A stretch of DNA of 64,000 nt, from the NCBI GenBank assembly GCA_945898055.1, contig CAMDGV010000001.1:18304-82303 (forward strand), written 5' to 3'. This stretch comes from Akkermansia muciniphila (lineage in GTDB: Bacteria; Verrucomicrobiota; Verrucomicrobiia; Limisphaerales; UBA9464). Below, piece by piece: positions 1 to 8,097 of this stretch (within the stretch, counting starts at the first letter, position 1; every line of letters begins with the position of its first letter). The notes under the pieces are model-generated. The model did not search any database and was not told the origin of the DNA. It saw nothing but the letters and a program-made list of their open reading frames with translations. The translations under genes and the position numbers were made by a program.

Positions 1-907
1 GCTCGGGGCCGGTTAGAGATTTGAGTTGGAACACGTTGCGAAGAAGGGATTCCCGTAGGGTGAGGGAAATGGCATCGAGATCCAAGTGAGCCCCTCCGAG
101 AGGTTCGGGAATAATTTCATCCACTAAGCCCGCTGCTTTCAGATTTGTAGCAGTGATTTTTAAAGCTTCAGCTGCTTTCGGTGCGGCGGCTCGATCTTTC
201 CAGAGAATAGCAGCACAGCCCTCGGGGCTAATCACCGAATAGTAGGCGTTCTCGAGAATAAGTACTCGGTCGGCAACTCCAATACCCAGAGCCCCACCGG
301 AACCGCCTTCACCGATAACACAGGCAATAATGGGGACTTCGAAAGTCATCATTTCCCTGAGGTTGACCGCAATCGCCTCCGCGATATGACGTTCCTCTGC
401 CCCAACTCCTGGGTAGGCCCCCGCCGTATCAATGAGGGTGATCACAGGGAGACGAAAACGCTCAGCCAGTTTCATGAGGCGCAGGGCTTTCCTGTAGCCC
501 TCAGGATGCGCTGAACCAAAGTTGCGGAAAATATTCTCCTTGGTATCACGACCCTTCTGGGTGCCGATGACCATCACCCGCTCAGTACCCAGTCGAGCAA
601 ACCCCCCGACCATGGCGTGATCATCCGAATACAGTCTGTCGCCGTGTAATTCCTCGAATTCTTGGAAGGTAGTTCGTAAGTAATCCAAGCTGTAGGGTCG
701 CTTGGGGTGTCGAGCCAACTGTACTCGTTGCCATGAGGTCAGATTGGAATAGAGCTGCCGTTCAGCCTCGAAGATCTTGTTTTCCAAGACCTTCATCTCT
801 TCTTCCCAGCTAATGCCAAGGGAAGCTGCTTCAGGGTGAGCCTTGAAGGCGTCGAGCTTTCGCTGCAGTTCAGCGATCGGTTTTTCAAAGTCGAGATAGT
901 GTCTCAT
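1..907 (-). CDS. accA: acetyl-CoA carboxylase carboxyltransferase alpha subunit, partial (C-terminus beyond window edge)
   Basis: Not in the ORF track because it runs off the window. Reverse-strand translation from the ATG (complement of 905-907) reads MRHYLDFEKPIAELQRKLDAFK...LTSWQRVQLARHPKRPYSLDYL...FEELHGDRLYSDDHAMVGG...VIGEGGSGGALGI. This is the canonical AccA N-terminus and carboxyltransferase core. Confidence 0.85.
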   Translation of the reverse strand, partial: MRHYLDFEKPIAELQRKLDAFKAHPEAASLGISWEEEMKVLENKIFEAERQLYSNLTSWQRVQLARHPKRPYSLDYLRTTFQEFEELHGDRLYSDDHAMVGGFARLGTERVMVIGTQKGRDTKENIFRNFGSAHPEGYRKALRLMKLAERFRLPVITLIDTAGAYPGVGAEERHIAEAIAVNLREMMTFEVPIIACVIGEGGSGGALGIGVADRVLILENAYYSVISPEGCAAILWKDRAAAPKAAEALKITATNLKAAGLVDEIIPEPLGGAHLDLDAISLTLRESLLRNVFQLKSLTGPE

Positions 908-1019
908 TCCATGAGGTTGCCCACAACCATCAAGCCCTAGGTTACGGTGAGGTTGCCCCTGTCGGCAACGTCGGAATTTCGGTTCTACTGGTCGGCCCGT
1001 TTGTTTAAGGGACTTCGAC

Positions 1020-2273
1020 TCAGCCGGGTTGAAGAAGACGCAGAAGCGCCATGGAGTTTAATAAGGCTTTAGGAGCAAAGGAGCTTGCATCGACAAATTC
1101 GGGTAGCTTGGAACCGTCAGCAGTACGTTCGGAGCAATGGGAATTGCCCCCGGCAGGGCCCAGCCCGTCCAGTGTAGGAAGAGCCGCCCAAAGATGGTTG
1201 CCGTCGCTCAGTCCGCCACGCTCCTCACCCTCGATCTTTAGACCTACCTCCGAACCGGTGGCAATCCAGTGGTTTAAAAGCTCGTCGGTGGCGGCATTGG
1301 GAGGCCACGGAGCGGTCTCACCGGTAATTTGAACGTTGAGTTGGCAGTGGAATCCATCAGCAACACTCAAAATCTGACCGGGGCCGCTCAGATTGAGCAG
1401 ACTGGCCCGAGCCTCTGCATAGTAAGCGGAGTTGAAGACACGAAATTCACCGTCTGCGATCGCCTGATGCGGAACTCGGTTCAATCCGCCACCCCCTTCG
1501 ATTCGTCCCACATTGACGGTAAGTTGTTTCGAGGGGTCGGTGAGAGCTTCGGCTTGCAGAAGAGCGTGAGCGAGTTGAGCGATGGCGTTGGCTCCCCGGT
1601 GATGGTCAACCCCGGCGTGGGCAGATCGTCCTAGTGCCTCTATCCGAAATGTTCCCCGACCTTTTCGTGCGCGCACCAACCGCGAAAACCCCTCGCGTCT
1701 ACCTTCGGCTTCAAAGACAAGTGCCGCTCGTGCTTTTGAACCCAAACGAATCAGACTCAGTGGACCGAACTCAGGAGATAATTCTTCCTCAGCGGCATTT
1801 AAGCAGATTACCCATCGTGTTTGGTCAAAAAGGTCAGGAACCCCTTCTTTCAGGCTGCAAAGCATCAGCCAAAGGAGAGCTGTGCCGCCTTTAATGTCTT
1901 CAGTGCCTGGACCGTAAATACGCTGACCCTCGACCTGCCATCTAAAATTATTGCGATATTCTTCCTCGGGAGGAAACACCGTATCGAGATGAGAAATGAG
2001 ACCGACGGTCGGGCCGTCGCCTGAACCGTTGCGGATAAGAAACAAGTGCTGTCCTTGTCCCGGATCAGCGGACTGAACAAATTCAGCCGTGAATCCGAGC
2101 GGCGCAAAAACCTGTGCAGTGAATCGAGCGAGTTGGTTTACACCGCTAGGATTCCGCGTCCAACTGTTAATCTCGACCATTTGACGGAGGAAATCCAAGG
2201 TCGTGGAGAGTTGCTGCTCGATAGGGCGACGAAAGGTCTCGAGGGTGGTCATAAGCGATAGATTTCGAGTCAA
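1020..2273 (-). CDS. M20-family metallopeptidase (carboxypeptidase G2 / ArgE-DapE-like)
   Basis: 417-aa ORF. HLDTVFP and GPGTEDIKGG motifs are typical of M20 peptidase metal sites. Met8 (2252) is an alternative start. Confidence 0.75.
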   Translation of the reverse strand: MTRNLSLMTTLETFRRPIEQQLSTTLDFLRQMVEINSWTRNPSGVNQLARFTAQVFAPLGFTAEFVQSADPGQGQHLFLIRNGSGDGPTVGLISHLDTVFPPEEEYRNNFRWQVEGQRIYGPGTEDIKGGTALLWLMLCSLKEGVPDLFDQTRWVICLNAAEEELSPEFGPLSLIRLGSKARAALVFEAEGRREGFSRLVRARKGRGTFRIEALGRSAHAGVDHHRGANAIAQLAHALLQAEALTDPSKQLTVNVGRIEGGGGLNRVPHQAIADGEFRVFNSAYYAEARASLLNLSGPGQILSVADGFHCQLNVQITGETAPWPPNAATDELLNHWIATGSEVGLKIEGEERGGLSDGNHLWAALPTLDGLGPAGGNSHCSERTADGSKLPEFVDASSFAPKALLNSMALLRLLQPG

Positions 2274-2368
2274 TTTAGCTGGTTAAACTGAGCTGAATAA
2301 ACGGAGAGAAAAGCAGCCAGTCTGAGGTCGGGATTCGGGTGTTTAATTTTGATTTAGACCAAGAATTT

Positions 2369-3109
2369 TCAGGATTTTTTGGTGGGAGTATTGAAGATAT
2401 CGTCGGTTTTGAGACCGGTAACTTTTTGGATGCCATTCATCAGGCGAAATAAGGCCCACATCATCATCCCCATACTGGGAACAACAATGATCGGCCAACT
2501 CATCCAAGACATCCGGCCTAACTGTTGGTTCCATTCTTCGGAAGCGGGTTCGGCTTTGAGCAACCAAAGAGCGAGAATGAAATTCAGGGCGGCACTGAGA
2601 ATAAAGGAGGCGGTGAGAAGCCAAGAGGATTGGACCAAGAGTCGGTCAAAAGCGGACTGGGCATTGCGGACTTTTAATGCGTCAGCAATTCGAGCGGTAT
2701 TGAGGATCTGATCGTTATAAAGTAAGGATCGAATAAGGGGTGAGCGAGTACGGAGAGAGAGCGGGATTGCTAGGCCGATGAGCGCGGGGATACTGGCTTC
2801 TTTGATCGCGTACCAGAGGGCGGTGGCCTTCCACCAACCCCAGTGAGTACCAAGTCCGAGGCCACCTGACGCAAAAGTACCGGCAATACCGAGCGTTGAG
2901 AAGAAATTCCACTGACGTCGGCGAGACCAGTCCCAAAGGCCATATCCGAGAGGGAGAGCGATCGCAACCACCAGCGCCCAGAGGGGGCCTAAACGCTCTG
3001 CTTTACTTAATTTGTCGAGGATCAATCCGGGGAGGAAGACATTGCAGGCGAGATTGAGTAATAGGTTCTCACGAACGGGCGGTGCGGCTGTGGCTGTTAG
3101 AGACGACAT
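2369..3109 (-). CDS. polytopic inner-membrane protein, function unknown
   Basis: ORF 2369..3196. I prefer Met30 (ATG, complement of 3107-3109; MSSLTATAAPP...). There are several hydrophobic spans and no catalytic motif I recognise. Confidence 0.5.
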   Translation of the reverse strand: MSSLTATAAPPVRENLLLNLACNVFLPGLILDKLSKAERLGPLWALVVAIALPLGYGLWDWSRRRQWNFFSTLGIAGTFASGGLGLGTHWGWWKATALWYAIKEASIPALIGLAIPLSLRTRSPLIRSLLYNDQILNTARIADALKVRNAQSAFDRLLVQSSWLLTASFILSAALNFILALWLLKAEPASEEWNQQLGRMSWMSWPIIVVPSMGMMMWALFRLMNGIQKVTGLKTDDIFNTPTKKS

Positions 3110-3352
3110 ATTCAGTGGGAGGAGATTGAGGGTGAGAATGCAGGAGGGAAATCCGAAACAGAGGGGAGGCGAGCTTAAGATCCCACCCTTGAGCATTTTG
3201 GACTGGGCATGAAGGTGGCTGATTAGGTTTGAAGTGAAAAATATTTTTCAAATTGATCGCAATATCTGTATGACTCCGGTCTTGAACTTTCGAAGAGAGA
3301 AAGTGATTCTTTGTCCTTACCTGTCTTGTAAAATCTCGATCCCACTAAACTG

Positions 3353-5992
3353 TTGAAATCAACCCTTATCAAGTCTGTAGTCTTGGTGGCAATGGCCATC
3401 CTGACTCCCAAGAGTCTTCACGCTCAGCACCTTGAACTTAAGAAAGGTGATCATATTGCTATCCTCGGCAGTGCACTTGGAGATCGCATGCAACATCATG
3501 GTTCTTTGGAAGCCATGCTGGTCAGCAAATATGCTCAGCACGATCTCGTTTTCCGTAATTTGGCGGTTGCGGCCGATGAAGTTTCCACATGGCATCGTTC
3601 GGAGAGCTTTGGCTCCCGCGACGAATGGTTGGCTAAGGTAAAAGCCGATGTCATTTTTGCCTTTTACGGGTTCAATGAATCTTTCAAAGGCGACGCCGGT
3701 TTGACTCCCTTCAAGGCGAATCTCGATACCTTTCTTAAAGATGCCAAAAAGAAGGATTATAGTGGTAAAGGTGTCCCGCGAATCGTGCTTTTCTCGCCGT
3801 TAGCTAACGAGAAATTAGCCGATCCAAATATGCCTGATCCGGCTTCAAACAATGCCAATCTGGCTAAATATTCAGCGGCGATGTTGGATGTTGCAAAGGC
3901 AAATAACGTGCAGTTTGTCGATGTCTTTGCCATTTCTTCAAAGCTTGAGGGTAAAAAGCAGCCACTAACCCTCAACACCTTTATGTTGACTGAAGCTGGC
4001 GACAAAATTCTGGCTCCAGAAATCTTCCGTGCTTTGACCGGTGAGACCGTTTCTTTAAGCAAATTGGAGAAGTTGCGTGCGGCGATTAAGGATAAAAACA
4101 CCGAGTGGCATGCCCGCTATCGCACGGTAGATGGTTACAATGTCTATGGAGGTCGTTCCAAGTTAGCCTTCCCGGTTCGCCAAGAAAAGGATGCTCCGAA
4201 GATTACTAACTTCGACGTCATGCAAGATGAGATGACCCAGCGGGATGTGAAGACGGCGAACCGTGATAAGCGGATTTGGGCTATAGCCAAGGGGGGCGAC
4301 TTAAAAGTAGACGACTCAAACTTGCCAGCAGTGCGGCAATTGGAATCAAACAGGCCTGATGTAAAGCCGTTCCTGAGTGGCGAAGAATCCATAAAGCACA
4401 TCACTGTGCCCAAGGGGATGAAACTTCAGCTTTTTGCTGATGAGAAGCAATTCCCTGAATTGGTTAGCCCAGTCCAGATGGCCTTTGATACCAAGGGCCG
4501 TCTCTGGGTGGCGGCTTGGCCGAGTTACCCTGAGTTAAGACCCACCGACAAGAGTTTCGACAAGCTGTTGATTTTCGAAGACACCAACAATGACGGTAAG
4601 GCCGATAAGGTCACCACATTCCTCGATGGACTCAATTGCCCGACTGGATTCCAGTTTTACAAGGATGGCGTTCTATTGATGCAAGCACCGGATCTCTGGT
4701 TTGTGCGCGATACGGATGGGGATGGTAAAGCAGATTGGAAAGAACGCGTCCTAATGGGCATGGACTCAGCTGATTCACATCACACGGCTAACGCGATTTG
4801 CTATGAACCCGGCGGCGCGATTTATTTGAGCGACGGTGTTTTCCATCGCACACAGGTGGAGACGGCGGCCGGTCCGGTTCGTAATACCGACGGTTGTATC
4901 TACCGTTTTGAACCGCTTACCAGCAAGTTCGAGCGTTATGTCGCCTATGGATTCGCAAACCCGCACGGTCGTGTTTTCGATTACTGGGGCAATGACATCA
5001 TTACCGATGCGACCGGCAACGAGAGCTTCTTCGCACCCGCTTTCAGCGGTTTCCTGCCCGAACCCCAAAAACACGGGGGCATGCAGCAATTCTGGAATCG
5101 CCCGTCGCGCCCTTGCCCTGCCACCACCTTTCTTTCCACTCGCCATTTTCCTGAGGAATACCAAAACAATTACCTGAACCTAAACGTTATTGGTTTTCAG
5201 GGGATCTTCCGCGTTAAAGTCAGTCCAAACGGTTCCGGATTGAAGGGTGAGACTTTAGACAATCTTCTGAAGGGTGATAACGACAAGATCCCGAACTTCC
5301 GACCGATCGCTGCGGATGTCGCCCCAGACGGATCTCTCTATATTATGGACTGGGCCAAGCCGCTCATCGGCCATATGCAACACCATATCCGCGACCCAAA
5401 TCGCGACAAGCAACATGGTCGTATCTATCGTATGACTTACGAAGGCCGCCCCTTGTTAAAGCCGGTGAAGATTGATGGTCAATCGATTGGCAATCTACTT
5501 GAAGCCTTGCAGCAACCGGAAGACAACGTTCGCACCCGTGCGAAGATTGAACTGAGCAAACACGACAGCTCGAAGGTGGTTGCAGGGGTCAAGAAATGGG
5601 TCGCTAAACTGGACGCCAAGGATGCGGCCTATGAGCATCATCTCACTGAAGCGCTTTGGGTGCATCAGTGGCATAATGTGGTCGATGAAGCCTTCCTCAA
5701 GAGGATGCTGCGATCACCTGAACCCAATGCACGCGCTGCGGCCACACGTGTCCTTTGCTATTGGCGTGATCGAGTCACTGATCCATTGGCCTTGATTAAG
5801 GTGCAAGTTCAAGATGAGAGCCCTCGAGTCCGCCTTGAAGCGGTGCGTGCTTGTAGCTTCTTCAAAACGGCTCAAGCCGCCGAAGTCGCCCTTTTAGCCT
5901 TGGAAAAGGAAGCGAATCCGGCCAAACCTGACTACTATATCAAGTACTGTCTCGCCGAGACGATGAAGGCGCTGGACAAGTATACAAAATAG
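3353..5992 (+). CDS. secreted SGNH-like / beta-propeller 'membrane-bound dehydrogenase'-type / HEAT-repeat protein (PVC-type)
   Basis: 879-aa ORF with a TTG start and a signal-like N-terminus (VVLVAMAILTPKSLHA). GDHIAILGSALGDR is an SGNH/GDSL-type block. The middle part (VSPVQMAFDTKGRLWVAAWPSYP...NNDGKADK...DTDGDGKAD) matches the propeller domain recurrent in Planctomycetes/Verrucomicrobia. The C-terminus has HEAT-like repeats (ESPRVRLEAVRA). There is no CxxCH. Confidence 0.7.
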   Translation: MKSTLIKSVVLVAMAILTPKSLHAQHLELKKGDHIAILGSALGDRMQHHGSLEAMLVSKYAQHDLVFRNLAVAADEVSTWHRSESFGSRDEWLAKVKADVIFAFYGFNESFKGDAGLTPFKANLDTFLKDAKKKDYSGKGVPRIVLFSPLANEKLADPNMPDPASNNANLAKYSAAMLDVAKANNVQFVDVFAISSKLEGKKQPLTLNTFMLTEAGDKILAPEIFRALTGETVSLSKLEKLRAAIKDKNTEWHARYRTVDGYNVYGGRSKLAFPVRQEKDAPKITNFDVMQDEMTQRDVKTANRDKRIWAIAKGGDLKVDDSNLPAVRQLESNRPDVKPFLSGEESIKHITVPKGMKLQLFADEKQFPELVSPVQMAFDTKGRLWVAAWPSYPELRPTDKSFDKLLIFEDTNNDGKADKVTTFLDGLNCPTGFQFYKDGVLLMQAPDLWFVRDTDGDGKADWKERVLMGMDSADSHHTANAICYEPGGAIYLSDGVFHRTQVETAAGPVRNTDGCIYRFEPLTSKFERYVAYGFANPHGRVFDYWGNDIITDATGNESFFAPAFSGFLPEPQKHGGMQQFWNRPSRPCPATTFLSTRHFPEEYQNNYLNLNVIGFQGIFRVKVSPNGSGLKGETLDNLLKGDNDKIPNFRPIAADVAPDGSLYIMDWAKPLIGHMQHHIRDPNRDKQHGRIYRMTYEGRPLLKPVKIDGQSIGNLLEALQQPEDNVRTRAKIELSKHDSSKVVAGVKKWVAKLDAKDAAYEHHLTEALWVHQWHNVVDEAFLKRMLRSPEPNARAAATRVLCYWRDRVTDPLALIKVQVQDESPRVRLEAVRACSFFKTAQAAEVALLALEKEANPAKPDYYIKYCLAETMKALDKYTK

Positions 5993-6022
5993 GGCGAATT
6001 TTAGAGCGCTTTGGAGCCGAAC

Positions 6023-6060
6023 GACCCACGTGTTTTAAAGCACGTGGGTCGGACTTTTTT
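6023..6060 (+). terminator. rho-independent terminator-like hairpin directly abutting the next start codon
   Basis: GACCCACGTG (6023-6032) pairs perfectly with CACGTGGGTC (6041-6050) around an 8-nt loop. It is followed by GGACTTTTTT ending at 6060, and the ATG of the next ORF is at 6061. Confidence 0.6.
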
Positions 6061-7953
6061 ATGATATCGATTGGATTCTTTCTTAAAACTGTGGTTCTGA
6101 CCCTCAGCCTTCTCTTAGTTACTTGGATCTCTCTCGCCGCGGATGAGTCGCCAAAAAAAACACTTTTTCTTCCTAAAAGCCCGCTGGCTGCCGCTTATGT
6201 CCTCGCCCGTTTGTCCAATAAAGAATTAATCGAAGCACCCCGTAGCGAATTTGTTTATGTCGCCCTGGTTCAAAGGGCTGGCCTCGACCGCAAATACCGA
6301 TTGGAAGCTCTCGATGGCCTCGCCAAAATTCGAGGCACAGACACGCTCTCAGAACTCATTGTCGCGCTGTCGGATCTCGACCAAAAAGGAGAGGAAAGTA
6401 TTCCTGTCCTGCGTGAGCTCATCGTTTTGTTAGTCCAATATCCCTCGGCAGATCTTACTAGAAAACGTGGCAATTTGGAAACGTTGGCGACTCAGAGTCA
6501 GCTTCCTTTGGGGCGTCAGGCAGGTTACGCCGCTTTGTTGACCTCCGATCGCGCGATCCAGTCCATACGGCAGTCTGTGGAATTAGATCCTGCTAAGTAT
6601 GCGGATCTCATTCTCTCGGTGCCTCTCCTTCGGGATCCTGCTCTTCGAGGCGGGTTTTATTCCATCTTACAACCGCTACTCACCAAGATCGACGAGGATC
6701 AACTGCGTCGCGCAGCTATTACAGCCATTGTTGCCGTCCCAGGTCACGAAAGTGAGGTCTTCACTGCTCTGGTAACCTTGGTGAAAGCTGGGATCGAACG
6801 GGCACTCACCGTCGACGCGATCCAAAGGATTCCTCGCAAATTTTGGCTCAAAGAACAGGCAGAATCTTTGTTCGCGCATTTAATGACTTCCCTCAAGGAA
6901 ATGCCCGACGACCAAAGGACTGGACCGGAAGCGACGAGTCAATTCCAGTTGGCATCGGATCTCCTGCTTTTACTTCCACAAGAGTCATCTAAAGAGGCTG
7001 CCAAGGCCTTGCGTGCGGTGGGAGTGAGTGTGTTCGTGCTTCGGACGGTTCACGAACAAATGATTTACGATAAGACCCTGTTAGTGGTTGAAGCAGGTAA
7101 ACCGGTGGAGATCATCCTGATGAACGAAGACACCATGCCTCATAATCTAGTCATTGTGCCCCTAGGATCGGCCGAGTTGATTGGTAAAGCGGCAGAAAAA
7201 ATGGGTACCGAAGCCGATGCTCAAGGCCGGATTTATGTGCCTGACTCAGATAAGATTTTTCAGGCGACAAAAATGATTGAAGCCGGTCAACAGGGAAAAC
7301 TCAGTTTCATGGCCCCGTCGGAACCGGGCGAATATACCTATCTCTGTACCTTTCCCGGGCACTCAATACGTATGCAGGGAACTTTGGTCATAGTGAAAGA
7401 TGTGGAGGCTTACCTAGCCAGTCGACCGCTCATCGCTGAACCGAAAGTCACCGAGTGGACGCTCTCTGATTTCACCGGTCTCTTGGATAAACCGAGCGCG
7501 ACTCGGAATCTACTTGGCGGCAAAGAAAATTTCACCAAGTTGGCTTGTATCCAATGTCACAAATTAGGGCAAGAAGGAGCGGCCTATGGGCCCGAGCTCA
7601 CCGATGTCTTAAAACGGATGAAGATGGACCGCGCTTCGCTGCTGACCGAAATTCTAGAGCCTTCAAAAATCATCGGCGACCGCTATAAAAACTACAGCTT
7701 TGAATTAACCAACGGCGATGAGTTGGCGGGTATGATTATGAAAGAAGATGCTGAAAGTCTTACTGTTCACACCGGCCCTTCAGATGCGTTGATTCAGACC
7801 CTTAAGAAAACTCAGATTAAAAAACGGGAACCGCAGACTTCGTCTTTAATGCCGATGGGACTATTGAACTTCCTGAGCAAGGAACAAGTTCTTGATTTGC
7901 TGGGTTACATTGAGGCGGGCGGCAAATTATCGGATCAGACTCACGCTCACTAA
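6061..7953 (+). CDS. HEAT-repeat / azurin-like cupredoxin / c-type cytochrome fusion protein
   Basis: 630-aa ORF with an N-terminal anchor or signal (VVLTLSLLLVTWISLAA). MPHNLVIV ... YTYLCTFPGHSIRMQG reproduces the azurin type-1 copper ligand pattern (H, C, H, M). A CIQCH heme-c motif lies near residue 496. Confidence 0.75.
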   Translation: MISIGFFLKTVVLTLSLLLVTWISLAADESPKKTLFLPKSPLAAAYVLARLSNKELIEAPRSEFVYVALVQRAGLDRKYRLEALDGLAKIRGTDTLSELIVALSDLDQKGEESIPVLRELIVLLVQYPSADLTRKRGNLETLATQSQLPLGRQAGYAALLTSDRAIQSIRQSVELDPAKYADLILSVPLLRDPALRGGFYSILQPLLTKIDEDQLRRAAITAIVAVPGHESEVFTALVTLVKAGIERALTVDAIQRIPRKFWLKEQAESLFAHLMTSLKEMPDDQRTGPEATSQFQLASDLLLLLPQESSKEAAKALRAVGVSVFVLRTVHEQMIYDKTLLVVEAGKPVEIILMNEDTMPHNLVIVPLGSAELIGKAAEKMGTEADAQGRIYVPDSDKIFQATKMIEAGQQGKLSFMAPSEPGEYTYLCTFPGHSIRMQGTLVIVKDVEAYLASRPLIAEPKVTEWTLSDFTGLLDKPSATRNLLGGKENFTKLACIQCHKLGQEGAAYGPELTDVLKRMKMDRASLLTEILEPSKIIGDRYKNYSFELTNGDELAGMIMKEDAESLTVHTGPSDALIQTLKKTQIKKREPQTSSLMPMGLLNFLSKEQVLDLLGYIEAGGKLSDQTHAH

Positions 7954-8097
7954 AATTACAGGAGAGATCCACTCGATGTTGAGTTGGTCGCATCTCGCTG
8001 AAATCTTCGAGGGATTTTAAGTCGTTGTTGCTAAACTGTCACTTTCTCAAGTGAAACAAGACTTGTCTAGCGTAGTGGCATTGGGCCAAAGATCTCC

